Notes: generated by a model from the letters alone, not told the origin. Positions 26,531-39,878 are shown, counted from the first letter of the stretch. The stretch is 64,000 nucleotides of DNA from Glaucostegus cemiculus (GCA_976551045.1 CDPCPM010000598.1:930001-994000), one strand, 5' to 3'. Numbers and translations: made by a program.

Positions 26531-26689
26531 TTTAAAATAAAATGCAAATTAGCAGACAACCTTGGGTCTGTAAACTGTGTTGTTCTGTTGTTGTGGTCAA
26601 CAAAGTAGACCCTTCCTGTAGCTGTGTTGCGAATTTCCCAGCCCGGAGGTAATGGCCCTAGTTCCTCACAATTTACGTTGCTAAGATCC
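26531..26689 (-). CDS. SMURF2: SMURF2 exon 10 (159 nt), WW3: [52 protein letters not shown]
   Basis: Acceptor ttgttttgcag, donor gtaagt; WW3 motif; ends in phase 2. Confidence 0.97.
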
Positions 26690-27775
26690 CTGCAAAACAA
26701 ACACAGACGGCTACCTCAGCGTACTTCATGCCAAACCAATTAAAATGGTAAGGAATACAATTCCATAATGTCAGAACAACCAGAGTGTTCCAAGAACTTG
26801 ATACTTTCTGTTAGAATCCTTTAGTATCCCAAGATACAAGCTTACAAAACCTGCACAGGCCTCAAAACTAGGTTGTCATATCATTAATCTACATTTTAAG
26901 CGCAGGTCTTAGCCAAGTGGCTTTATCCCAAAGAATAAATCCATTAAAAGCAAATGTTCCGGTACCTTTCACATTCATATTATACTGGTAGTCCTTCCCA
27001 AAGTATACAGAAACATGAAAACTTGCTTTCAACCAAAATCTTTACCGCAAAATGTACAACATATCTATGCTCTGTTACACTGCCAGCAACCAGGATAATC
27101 TGATTGCCATGTTTCTTTCAAATAAACTTTTTTAAAATTTCCTCACTGATTTAATATTCACTCTAAGAAAATGTTCCAATTCTACAACTGCATCGATCCC
27201 CCAGAGAAATCTGAAGGCAACTGACCTCTGCCAAAAAATTCTTTAACTGGGTGTCAATTGCTTTGTGACAGCCGCCAGGGTAGTTGCATTCTCTACCCAT
27301 GTGCAGAATTGTTTTGCTTCCAATTAATGTCCTACTAGTGGCAGGAATCTCTCAAAGGAAGAATTTCCAATCTTAACTTGAACATAACAATCCTTATGAT
27401 GTCACCAGCTGTTGTGAACCTCCTAACAATGGCTATTGCTAGGACAAGTTGTACTGGCTATTGTTTTGATAGGGAAATATTAGAAGGCAACCCAAAAGAG
27501 GAAATAAAATTGAAACATCTATTGTCACTGATCAGGCAGTTTCAAGTATGCGCCTGAAATTCAAACCATTAAAAATTTGATTTTTTGTTTTGCACATCAA
27601 AATTTCTCTAACACAAGAAAATCCACAATCTTACAATCTAGATTTAACTGAGTTATAAGAAACAATGCTGTCTTTTTCCCACACAAGCGGTTTATATTTT
27701 CTATCACATCAACTGAAATAATCTTGACTTTTGAGTCGCTGCCAAAGTAGACCTATTAGGCTAGGTTTCCTTTAC

Positions 27776-27860
27776 CTGGGTACTCGAGGATCATGCCATG
27801 TGCTCACTCCGGTCTGTGTGTGCAGAAAGTACACCTGACCTTGCTGTGTTGTTCTTTGTT
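27776..27860 (-). CDS. SMURF2: SMURF2 exon 9 (85 nt), WW2: EQRTTQQGQVYFLHTQTGVSTWHDPRVPR
   Basis: Acceptor ttttatatag, donor gtaaag; WW2 motif. Confidence 0.97.
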
Positions 27861-28817
27861 CTATATAAAATAGAAGAATAATAAATACTAATGACAGTAG
27901 CAAGAAAGATGAAGTTATTTGCAGCTGATAAGATCTGCACCGGTGTGTATTTCAACAGCTCCTACATATAACATGGCAAGGCTGTCAAAGAAAATTACTA
28001 ATTGTAGTTGCAAATTTCAGGCATGAAACTGGCAGATATTCATGCATAAGAATAGAACTACTGCAAAATATTTTCTTTCATGTTCCCTCTCTCTACTTCA
28101 GATGGTGTCGAACAGAACAACTGACAAATGAATCAGGCTCCAAAGCTCTGCCAAACCATTACTGACCGCCTGGAGGTCAAAAGAAATTACAATTTTTCCT
28201 GTTCAGTATACACTGAAGCATTTAGTTCCCACTCCACACTTTCCCAAAACTTGAAATAGGTACAAGACAAAATCCAAACACAGAACTTGTTTCCTTCCTG
28301 TTGCCATTTCCATGCATAAATTACATGAAATGGACTTGCACCATGCATAGACCAATGCACCTTAACCCTGACATCTAACACTATGAGCGCCAACGTGAAA
28401 AATGATTTTAATCCATTAACCAGTGACTTACACAATATCAGCTCTGGAGAAATATGCTTATAAATTTGCCAATTCATTCCTTCAAATTTTTTATTTTGTA
28501 ACACAACTGCTTGGGAAAAGATAACTACTTTGAGGTTAAAGGAAAGACATTGACAGTATATTTTTGAATCAGCAGCATAAATCGGTGCTTAATGTGTATA
28601 GTTGAACAATGTTCTCTCTACTATCCATTTCAGAAAGGCTCCCTATGGCCACAAAATTCATTATCCCCTCATAACCCTAAAGTTAAGGAAAGATTCAATC
28701 ATATTTGACTGAGAATTCCTGTGCACCTTTTTATTAGGTGCCTTAATCCATAGCATGACAATGACGTTATGAAAAAATGGCAACAATACTACAATTTCCA
28801 AAAAGTCATCTGCCAGT

Positions 28818-28851
28818 TTGTGTGTGTGTGTGTGTGGGGGGGGGGGGGGGG
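28818..28851. repeat. (TG)n microsatellite followed by a poly-G run
   Basis: Direct inspection. Confidence 0.9.
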
Positions 28852-29179
28852 AAATAAAGGAGTGGCAGATGATGGAAGAGCTGGGAGATGGGTGGGTGCT
28901 AGGGAACATACAACACACATACATGGAAAGGTAATAGACACAAGCTGTCATCACATAGCTGATACATAGCCCCTTAAAACAATGTGAGCAGAGGCTTGGA
29001 ATTAGAGCACAACATAAATAAAGATCAACAGGTGGAAAATAAATAAATTCCATAAGAGAAAAACAATGTAATTACAGAAATGGACAAAAATGATTGTGAC
29101 AAAATGGATCGGGATATTTAATGGTTTATTAAAACAAAACTAAATATGTGATGAAACTTATCAAATCATAAATGCTACC

Positions 29180-29480
29180 CACATGTTGGTAACTACACAT
29201 ATCAGATTCCATTCTGCTCTGTGTTGATTTGCTGATTAACAGCAGGGGGAGCACTCCAATCAACCCACAAACTTGCACTAGTGACAAATGAAGAAGAAAG
29301 TAGCTGGATTCTCCAACTATCAACTCTTGCTGGAAAATGTGTGTTTGGATATCAGGTGTAAGCAGGATTGGGCCTGGCCATGATGTCTTCTATATCTGAA
29401 GGAAAATGGAAGTACTCATTGTCTTGGCCAGATTCCAGGGGATATCTGACCCTTGTGAAATTTTATGCCAAGTCAGCACC
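29180..29480 (+). mobile_element. Ancient LF-SINE-like relic
   Basis: tgctggaaaatgtgtg...gcaggattgggcctggccatgatgtc resembles my recollection of the LF-SINE core; not aligned to a consensus. Confidence 0.4.
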
Positions 29481-30283
29481 TCACTGACAAAGGGAAAGAT
29501 AATGCAAACAATTTTTTTTTAAAAAGCATAGAGTCTCAAGAAATACAGACAGAAGAAAAATAAGGCAGATATAAAAATGTGTCTGGATTACATCAGGCTT
29601 GTTCAGTATATGTGAAGCAAAGAAACCTGCTGTATTTGACTTGAACCTCCATGCTCTGCATCCCTGAATGATTTTCAGTGTCAAGGGACACTGAATAAAA
29701 AGCATAATAGAAGAATGACTAATTAGTAAGTTAAACAGGACAAATATGACAATGGCTTTAACTAATAAACTTTCAGAGACACTAATTCAAACAGTAAACC
29801 TCTGAATGACATCCAACAGCACCAAATGGATTCACTTTCAACATCCCAGGCTCAAACAATGGAAGAATAGCAAGAGATTGAAATTATTCTTCACATATCT
29901 ATTGCAATTAACTATATGCCATGCATGCTTCAAATACCTACACCACAAATGCACTACTGACTAATCATAATGGTGATTTCCTTGCAGATGCAATACCCTC
30001 CAACAGTGCAGATGCAAATTTAACTCCAAGGAAGACCTTTGAAGGAATGAATTGGCAATTGACCAAGCCAAGGGCTACCACTCATGTGCATGTGCACACT
30101 CCAGAGAAGATGGTGGTGAGTTTTCAATTTTTTTTTACAGCTTTTCTCCCCCTATGGTGAAGGTTGCAGATTGGATGTAACTGGAAATGGAAGTAGGGTA
30201 GGTTGATGCTTAGGATGGGGTTCCAACTTTTGGTGTATAGTCCAGCTCTTGGTATCTAGTTAACATCCTTCTGCCACATCCTA

Positions 30284-30630
30284 GGTGGCACAGTGGCACA
30301 CCTACTAGAGCCACTACCTCACAGCACCAGAGACCTGGGTTCAATCCTGGCCTCGGGTGCTGTCTGTATGGAACTTGCATGTTCTCACTGTGACTGCGTG
30401 GCTTTCCTCTGAGTGCTCCAGTTTCCTGTCACATCCTAAATGACATACAGGTTAGTAGGTTAATTGACCATTGTAACTTCCCCTAGTGTATAGGGGAGAG
30501 GTACAATCTGGGAGTAGTTGATGAGAAGAGAATAATAATGTGATTAATACAAGATTGGTGTAAGTGGGTAGCTGTTGGTCTCTGCAGACTCAGTGGGCCA
30601 AAGGACCTGCTTCCTCACTGTATTGTTCAG
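30284..30630 (+). mobile_element. tRNA-derived V-SINE (HE1-like)
   Basis: A-box-like GGTGGCACAGTGG, B-box-like GGGTTCAATCCT, V-domain ttgcatgttctc...ctccagtttcct..cacatcc, and a CR1-like 3' tail. Confidence 0.85.
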
Positions 30631-31059
30631 ACTCCAAGAACCTTCTATCTACCAGATTTTCCTCTTCTCCTCTAACGCAGCCACTTACACTTCTTCTGGA
30701 CCCATACTTTGTCACGTAATTTTTTCTTGCCCCATCATAACTTTTGTTACTTAATTGCCCTCCACATCACACACATCTCTGTTCATTCCACAGAATGGCC
30801 CCCAAAGTTCACATTGAGCCTTGATCCTACATCTGAATTGTTTAAAAGTTGTCCAGCTGTGCCCTCCTATCCCTGCAATTTCCTCCAAGGATATGTAACC
30901 ACTCGCAAGGTCTGCACTTCTCTCATACTGGACACGTACGCACCTCTGAAATTAAATCTGATTCACCACTGAATGCCCTCTATTCAGCTGCAAAGCACAA
31001 AGCTTTGGAATTCCCTCTGTAAACCTCTGAATCCCTGACACAGGCTCTCCAACCAGAAA

Positions 31060-32140
31060 CGTCCCTATGAAATGCTGAAAGAGTAGGAGAACATATCCCT
31101 TTCCCCTGTATACCTTGGTGGACAGAGCCCTTAACTGTAACCCATCAATTTCCCACATCTCTGCTTTCAACCCTTTTGACCCTGGATCAAGCAAGGATAT
31201 AGTTTCCCTGGTCCTCCCCATAGCCTCTGCATTTAACGGATTACCTTTTGTAATTTCTGCCAGCTCCCAACAAGATTCCCCCACTGGAAACTGACTCCCC
31301 TTTCAGCATTTTTAAAGGGCCATTCCCTTTGCATCTCCTTGGTCCCCATTTCAATTCCCTCCAACTACTCCCCACAATTCAGCATTTTCCTTTGCTACTG
31401 GGAGACTTGCAACACTTGTCCTTTCCCCCATTCAAGGGCCCAAACAGTCTTTCCAAGTAAAGCAGCAATTCACTTCTTCCTATCTGACACACTGCACGCA
31501 GAATTCTCAAAGTCCCCTATATTTAAGAAACCAATCACAGATTTGGCGAATACTTTGTGGACCACCTGCATGGAGTCCACAGGAGTGACCCTGAACTTCC
31601 TGCTGCCTTCTCATTTAATTCGCCATTCAATTCCAACCTTTGTCTGTGATCTCCTGCACAGATGCCCGAGACAAGTTCAAGGAACAGCATCTCATCTTCC
31701 ATTAGGGAACAATGCAGCCTTCTGGAGTCAACATCAAGTTCTTTAACTTCAGGCAACATGTTTTTTCTATCTATATTAAAACTGGCCATTTCTGCTGCAA
31801 GTCATCTTTCTGTGACATTGGCTTGGTTTTTCTCTCTTCACTAGTGCAGCCTAACCTCATGGGTGTCCCCCACAGCATAGGTATGGCAATACATAAGAGT
31901 CAAAAAAGTGTAAACACTTGCTAAATGCCCCACTAACCCCTTTGACCTGGTCTCACCCAATCGCAGATACTCCCTTTGGCCTATCCATCCCTCCTGCCAC
32001 CTTCCCTGCAACTTCAAATTACCCTTCATCTTTTTCCCAGTGCTCAGTTCTCCAATATGAAATGCTAACTCTTTCTGCTTTTCAGGGATGTTACCTAACC
32101 TGCTAAGCGCTTAAAGTATTTTGTTTTTTTAAACTTTGTC
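31060..32140 (+). mobile_element. Penelope-like element fragment
   Basis: tgcaacacttgtcc...caagggcccaaacagtctttccaagt...ggaacagcatctcatcttcc motifs shared with the copy at 3340-4330. Confidence 0.7.
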
Positions 32141-32611
32141 TTGGTCTAATCCCACACCTAATCTCTGGTCTTGAGAGAAATGTGTTTATTTGATGGTAAC
32201 AGTTTATGCCTCTAACATCCTTTCAGGGCAGAGAGTTACAGATCCCCTCCAACTCTGGCAAAAACACTTTCCTGATTACCCCTTTAACCTCCTTCCTCCA
32301 CCCCCCACCGCGCCATCCCACTAAATTTATGCCCCTCAGTTTATGACCGTTCTGCTAAGGGAGATAGGTCGTACCTACTCTATGCAGCTTGCCAAAAGCT
32401 TTTGTAAAATTCCTTGTAGATTACATCAAGTATATTGCTATCACCAACCCTCCTTGCAACCACCTTAAAAAAATATCAAGTTAGTCAGACAGCCTTCTCT
32501 TAAATTCCAGTGGACTATACTTGCTTAATCTGTGTCTTTCTGAACAAAGCTGTATACTGTTGCTCAGAATTGATTTTAATAATTTGCCCACCAGTGATGT
32601 TGGCCTATAAT

Positions 32612-33050
32612 TACAGTAAAACTGACAATCCAGTTCCCTTGGGACTTTAATGGTGCCGGACTATCAGATGTTCGGGACTAATGAATGTTATTTCTATCAA
32701 TACCCAAACACATTTTTAATTCACTTCTTTTTACGAAGCATTATAATAAACTTTCCAGTGGAGGCAGGCAAGTTGAAGGGGTGTACTGGAACCGGGAGCT
32801 CGGAGAGTGGGTGGAGCACACGGGATGTATTTCATCTGAGTCTGATGATTTACTCGCTTTCAAAAGAAGCTAAGCCTCTTAATACTCCCTCATTATGCTT
32901 ATTCCATTCAATACGCCATTCTTCCCCCTCAGTAATAACACTGACATCATCCCACAGACAGTCACCTGGAACCTGCACGGTGATGGCACTGAACAGCATT
33001 TTATCAGAGATCAAGATATCCAAAACATAGTATAAATGTAAGCTTTATAT
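32612..33050. mobile_element. Possible Tigger-like DNA transposon end next to a reverse CR1 fragment (about 32200-32611)
   Basis: TA-CAGTAAAAC...GTGCCGGACTATCAGA start; the other end was not identified. Confidence 0.35.
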
Positions 33051-33184
33051 GTAAGCCTTCACACACCTCAGTAAACCTATGTAACTCAACAGTTATTTCA
33101 GTTTCAGCATCTGATACCTTGGTTATATCTATTCTCCATGGCAGAGAAATCAAATCTATAATACAAAGATATAGCAGTATTCAA

Positions 33185-33990
33185 AAAACAAAAACATTGC
33201 AGCTGCTGGGAAGTGGAAATATATAAAAAACCTAGAGATACTCAGAAGGTCTGGCTGCATCAGGTCAATGATCCTTCACCAGACTAGAAAAAAAAGAAAG
33301 ACCTGTGTTTTAAATTGCAAAGAGGGAGAGGGAGAGGGGTGGAGAGAATAAGGACATGTTTGTGATAGGGTGGAGATCAAGTTGCAAAAATGCTTTAATG
33401 CCATCTAAGAGTGTGATGAATGCTTGTTAATCACAGCTGATCTGTCTGGAGGACTGTAAATAGAGAGGGAGGAATGAGGGTTATAAACAAAAAAAAAACA
33501 TTGCTGGAACTTTAATATGCAGAACAGAGCAGTTTCTAGGGATCAGAAATAAAAACCAATGCTGGAAATACCCAGCAAATCAGGCAATATTTGTGGAGAA
33601 AGGAAAAACTGAGTCAATGCCACAGGTGAATAACTTTGCATTAGAAACGCCAGTTTGACAAGCAGGAAAGGCTGAGTATCTGAAATTATATTTAATTCCT
33701 GAGGACTACAACATGCCTGGACAGAAGGTGAATCACTGTTCCTTAAACGTCGTGTTGGGTTTTGTGTAGGAGACTAAAGACAGAAGTGGCTAAGGGTCAT
33801 CCTCACAAACTGCAGTGTTCTGCAATGGAATCACCCAATCTACATTTGTTTTCTCCACAGCAGAAAAGAAAATATCATGAGCATCCATTGCAATGGCCTA
33901 AATTATGAGTGTCAGTAAATTACTGCTTCACCTGAGGAACTGGATCCCTGATGATGGAAAAGGAAGTAAATGGCAGATGTTGCATCTCCT
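33185..33990 (-). mobile_element. Penelope-like element fragments (reverse)
   Basis: Two copies of the terminal segment (gctggaaatacccagca...) plus a decayed GIY-YIG region. Confidence 0.65.
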
Positions 33991-34318
33991 ACAACTGCAT
34001 AGGAAAGTACTTAAGAGGAGTGATTAGTGGAGATATAAAAGTGAATCATGAGTCACCCTTCACCTCTGAATTATCATACACAATAACTGTTAAAAAAAAG
34101 CTTCACTCAATACTGCTGCCAACTGTTTTAGTCTTAGTTATAAATTTACAGGTTACAAGAGGAAACTCAACTGTCTTTTGTACACATACCATTTACTTAA
34201 GTACATTAAACCCAACTGCTTATAATTCTTAAAATAACTTCAAATGAATTCACCTGCAATGCAATAGAGAACAATTCTCAAGATCACATACTCTTTAAAA
34301 TAAAATTAAGTGACTTAC

Positions 34319-34521
34319 CATAACCTTCTGGGAGATCAGGTGGAAGGTGCAAGTGTGTCCGACTCATATAATTCCTGTGTCTTTGTGACCTCACCCTCCT
34401 CTCTGCCATCCTTGGGTCAGGTGTCTGTCCACATGAAGCACCATTAGCTGGACTAATAGGTGTATTCTCATCCACTATGCAACTCAATGGCCTGCCAGGA
34501 CTGGCATATTCAGAAGCAGGT
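34319..34521 (-). CDS. SMURF2: SMURF2 exon 8 (203 nt), WW1-WW2 linker: PASEYASPGRPLSCIVDENTPISPANGASCGQTPDPRMAERRVRSQRHRNYMSRTHLHLPPDLPEGY
   Basis: Overlaps ORF 34284..34487(-); acceptor gatcatag, donor gtaagt. Confidence 0.97.
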
Positions 34522-35181
34522 CTATGATCAGGTTGAAGAGAAATGAAACACCAATTATCATATTTAGGTAAAAAGAGAACAGCTCAAAACAAGAAATACA
34601 TATAGCAGCGCATAACAAAACCAAACATACAACCTACTAACACATTTGCATGGTTTTGAAGAAAATATGGATCAGGAAAAAAAGTGATGAGGCAGAGATG
34701 GTTATCTACAATTGCCACACTACGCACTCCCGATACAATGGTACAAAGTTGTAAGTAGTGATTTGGTCTTTGCTTAAATGAGAGGAAAAAAACTAAAAGA
34801 AATTTAGATTGCCATCCTGGAAGGATAAGATTGTGTACTTGGGGGATGATGGAAAGGAAAAGAAGTGATCAAAATAAACTTAAAATAATATTAATTTAAT
34901 TCCAGTCCATTGATGGTATGCTGTGTAACTAACATAGAGAACCTGACTGACTGATGGAAGTTCTTCTCCACAGGAGAGAAGTGGTAAATGCATCAATTTA
35001 TGATGGTTTTGTAAGGGAGAGGAGGGGGGGGAATCTTCTTCTAGCACTGCAGCTGTGTTTAAAAAGGACCCAGGGACAGATTAGATAATAGCAAAAAAAT
35101 AAAGAGAGAAAGGACAATTGAGTGGCATGCTACTTGCAAAATGTAATATCTATGAAGATCATCCCAACAAGGTGTTTAGAG

Positions 35182-36016
35182 TGTTACGAAGTAGCTTACA
35201 ATAGGCAAATATCCCTTTAAGATGAGACATTGTGTGTGTGCACCTATAAGAACGTATTATGTCAACAGAAGATAAGACTAACGTGATGAGGTCATTACAA
35301 GAAAGAAAAAGAGAGGAGAGAGAGAGACAAACAGACGGAGAGAGAGAAGGAGGAGAGACGGCAGCCTGTTTTGTTTCTGTCAATGGATGAAGGACAGTAA
35401 CTGTGTTTGTCACTAAAATCAGTGGATGGATTTCTGGAGTAGTCCAGTGGAGTTCACTTTGTCGGTAACCTGTAGAAGGACACAGGTGTTTGCGTGGACA
35501 ACCACATTTTGGATGCTCTTCAGAGTGGCAGATATTGTGGAACAAAGTGACGGAATTCACTTTGCCGCTAACCTGTAGAAGAACACAGGTATTTGCATGG
35601 ACAGTCACGATCCAGGAGTTTTCGGGGTGAGAAAGTCACTACCGAGTTAGCCCTGAAGTATTGTCTGAATTCTGAGTGGAACATTCGGATTTCGTGATTC
35701 CTCTCTAATCTCTCTCTATATCTATGTTGTGTCTTTGGTGGACGGTGCTTGTGAAGAAGCCTTTATTCGTGTTTCATCTTACGGCTTATTGAACTGAACT
35801 TTAAGAACTAATTCCTGGACTTTGAGTTTAGGAGTTCAACACACACACACGATGAGTAGTTTTGGGGTTATAGTTTAAGATTCTAATATTTTGTTTTGTA
35901 CTAATATACTAACTTTTTATTCTTATTTTACGTATTATCGGATGTAGTTATTAATAAAGTAGTTTTAACACTGAAGTATGAATTGGTGTGCTTCTTTTGG
36001 TGCTGGTTTCGTAACA
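35182..36016 (+). mobile_element. Solo LTR, 835 bp
   Basis: Perfect 9-bp terminal inverted repeats TGTTACGAA...TTCGTAACA; flanks AGAG/AAAG (4-bp TSD with one mismatch); AATAAA at 35953-35958; internal 53-bp direct repeat. Confidence 0.85.
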
Positions 36017-36719
36017 AAAGGCAATCGGAATATGAGCAGAATATTTAAATTTCATACTTCCAAATTCAACTGACATTGAAGACTATATGTGGTAAAGATT
36101 TTTTTGAATTGATAACTTATTTAGTTAATGCATTAAATTATCACCCCATTAAATTTTGGAAATTATCAGGAAATTTAAACACAAGTGTGGCAAACATAAA
36201 GTTATATTTCACATCTTGTAACATATTAACCATAAAAAATGGATAATTTTCAATAATTTATCTATAAACATAAGTAGAATCTTAAATGGCCCACTCACAG
36301 TGCAATCACCACTGAGCCAGGAAAACCAATTTAAAGAAAGCTGGAATATGAAACTGTTAATAATCATAAATTAAGGATTTTAAAACTAAGACTGAAAAAT
36401 GCCAATCCAAATGAATTAATCACCCGAAACTCTGACATCACCAACCCCAGCCTTTCAGGAAATAATTGATGTAGAAAGACTGGTTTGTGTTCACATGACT
36501 CACATCCGTCATCCTGCACGACAGGAAAGAGTCAGATATGATGGAATTTTTGAAGGAGACAGGTCTTATTATCTGGTGATGTCAGTGGTTCTTCATTTAC
36601 CTAGGATCTAAGAAACACCATCTATCTCAATTTTAGATGCAAAACTGACGCATGTAGCGTCCCGAAGAAGTCAGTACTAACATGTAAATAAGGAGTATGG
36701 CTTGAGCTTGCTTTGTCAG

Positions 36720-38280
36720 TTCATAAGATTGTAACTTCAACTCTGCATTTATCTACTCCTGGTAACTTTTCATCCCTCCTGCTAATCAAATATCTATTTA
36801 CCTCCGCTTTAAAAATATTCAAAGACTCTGTAGCCACCCCCCTTTGAGGAAGTGTGTTCTAAATGCTCATGAACCTCTGAAAGAAAACAAAATCATTTCA
36901 TGTCTTAATTGAGTGACCCTTTATTTTTTTTTAAAACAATGACCATTAATTCAAGATACTCCCACAAGAAAAAAAACATCCCATCCACATCCACTCTGTC
37001 ATGATCCTGCAGGACCTTATGTTTCAATCAAGTCCCCTTTCACTCTTCAAAGCACCAGCTGATACAAGTTGAACCTGTCTAACTTTTCCTTAAAGGACAA
37101 CCTGCCCATTCCATGTAGCAGTCAAGTAAATGTTCTCTGAACCATTTCCAATGTATTAGCATAATTTTTTTAATAAAAGGAGACCAATATTATCCACAAT
37201 AGAGTCATAGAATTTTTATTAAGTTGGCCACACTTGGGTTTAAACTTCCTGATAATACTAAATTTAAATTAAGCAGAAGACAATACTAAAACATTAACTC
37301 CAAAAAAAACTGTTATTGGGCATTTCCTTACCAAATGTAGCCTTCAATGTCAGGTGGAAATAACAAGATGGTAGATTATTATCGCAACAGCAAAACTTTG
37401 GGAGAGAGATGCAATGAGGCCAGTCTGTTCTTATGCACCAGTCACCAAAGGTAAGCATGTAGGTTCATCAAGCAGTTAAGCTGGCAAATTGTATGCCAGC
37501 CTTTACAGATAACATGATTTGAGTATGGGAGCATAAAAACACTATGTCTTGCCATAGTTGTATAGGGCCTTGGTAAGACCAGACCTGACACCCCAAAGCT
37601 GCTCCACCATCTACAAAGCACAAATTGTGGGTGTAGTTAAGTACACCGCACTTGCTTGGATGAGTACAGTTCCAACAACAAGTAGCCTGACACCATGCAT
37701 CCACTAGCCTAAACCTCATCATTAACCTCATCAGTGGCGGCTGTGAATACCATTTACAAAAATGCATTTACTTGCCTTGCATCTCTCAAGCCTACAGCTT
37801 CATGGAAACAACACCACAGCAGGATCACCTCCAGCATGGAAACATATTATTATTCCTTGAAAAGCTTATCCAAAAGCACTATGGGAATATAATTACCTCA
37901 AGGACTGCATCAATTTAATGCAGTAGCTCTTCATCATCTTCAAAGACAACTGCGGATAGGCAATAAATAGTGGCCTTGGTGATCACATCCAACAGCTCCT
38001 CAAAACCTCAACCTTTTCCAACTAAAAGAACTAACGTAGCAGGTGCATTGGAACACCACCACATCCAAGTTCTCCTTCAAGCCACACACACCTTCCTGAC
38101 TTTGAAATATATTCATTCCTTCATGGTTGATGCATCACAACCATGGGGCTCTTTACGTAACAACAAAGGATGAATCTTCACTGACTTTTAGCAGTTCAAG
38201 GTGGTGGCTTACCAGCAGCTTCAATTAGAAATTGACAATAAATGCTGTCTTGTCAGTAACACCAGCTAAATCCCATGAAT
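36720..38280. mobile_element. Cluster of decayed CR1 and CR1/L2-group LINE fragments in both orientations
   Basis: Reverse CR1 tail at about 36720-37200; forward CR1 (LYRALVRP) at about 37340-37590; further RT 3' fragments up to about 38280. Confidence 0.6.
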
Positions 38281-39021
38281 TAATTTAAGGTGTGCAAATT
38301 GCTTTCAGATTCAAACAAAGAATGGAATCCAGGAAAGGCAGAAATAACTAACTATTTAAATAAGAGGAAAAAAAAGGTTTTAAAAGAAAAATTAAAATCT
38401 AAAATAAAAAACTGGGAGAGAAAATTTAGAGTTGAGGAATAATATAATTTGTTAATAACTCATTTTGTATTGAAACTTTACACTTGATCGCTTCTAATGC
38501 TTTTAAAGAAACTTATTATTTACAGAGAACGGCAGCATTTAACTCTGAACAGTGCTTTCTGCAAATTAATCACAATCACTGTGTGTTTAGGAATTTCAAC
38601 TTGGTTGTCATTTTATACAATTCCTTGCAAAAAAACAGATCAAATTACAAACTCTTTTGATCAGAGCAGTGTGGCATCTTTATAAGTATGTAATATAGCA
38701 GGAGCATTAAACAGATGCAGTCATCGTTTGTAGTGGATAAGCTTAAATAAGTCATTTTTATTTAGGGTGGCTCATTAAAAATGTGGAAAAAAGCACTAAT
38801 GATTGTGATTAAATGGACACACAAGAGGATGTGTATTCTTCTCAGGGAAAGACAATGCAAATGGAAAAATGTATCAAAAATGAGATGGTAATTTAACCTT
38901 CAATAAAAGGCTGGTACCTTGCATAATTTTTTTTGGGAAAAAAAGCATTAAAAGCACTTAAACATTGTTGGACCTCAGATATTCTAGCAACTAAAGAGAA
39001 CTACCATCATCCTGTGCTTAC

Positions 39022-39105
39022 CGAGTAGGTCGTTCCCACTGTGTCGTTCGTGTGATGTGATTGAGATACTGTATCCGACCCGAGGCAGTTCTTCGTTCTT
39101 CCCAT
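39022..39105 (-). CDS. SMURF2: SMURF2 exon 7 (84 nt), WW1: WEERRTASGRIQYLNHITRTTQWERPTR
   Basis: Acceptor ttgattag, donor gtaagc; WW1 motif. Confidence 0.97.
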
Positions 39106-39878
39106 CTAATCAACAGAAACAGATCGTAAGTGACATTTCCTGGAAAGAAGGATAAGAATGTGTCCAAAGCCAATATTGGAAACAATTAATACTAACAAAA
39201 AGCATTGTCAAAATGCATTCCAAAACTGGTTACAAATTCAGTAACTGCCAGAATGTAGGGCATACTGGTGAAGTGATCACAAATTATTTATGTGTCACAA
39301 ATCAGGTCTTCTATATATGGGTTCAAACCTCATTCCAAGAACAGTTGTGCTAATGGATACAATATTAAAAGCGTGCTGCATTATCAGAGGTGGATATTTG
39401 AGGATTGAACATTAGAATAAGAGCTGTGTTTGCCCGTCTGCAATACATAATCTATACACCTAGAATTTTCCTGGTGTCCTGGCCAACATCCATTATTCAA
39501 TGAATACCATAGCAACAAAGCAGGTTCTCCTATTGCACACAAAGTTTATGCCAATATTCCTAATAACATACTTCAGAGCTACATACGAGATTTAAATCTA
39601 TCCCCCACTTAGTGTGAATACATCTCACACCTGGACATTGGTTACCTGAACTGCCAAAAAGGCAAGAGTGTTACAAACATTCCTTGGTGAACATTCAGGA
39701 ACATTAAAATAGGAAAACAAGTCCAGTAAATAAATAAAACTGAGTAAAAAATAAGAGCAAGTTTCTTGGCCTGTGACGGCTGCATTGTCAGGAATCAGGA
39801 ACAAAATCTGGGCGTTGCTTAAATAACAGATTAGAGATTAGACTTGGAGGATCTTCAAAATCAGAAAAGGCTGGAAGC

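Noticed and set aside
30284-30360. tRNA-like A and B boxes
   Set aside because: This is the head of a V-SINE, with no complete cloverleaf.
35159-35608. Longest ORF in the track (149 aa, minus strand)
   Set aside because: It falls almost entirely within the solo LTR and its low-complexity GA tract, and has no protein motif.
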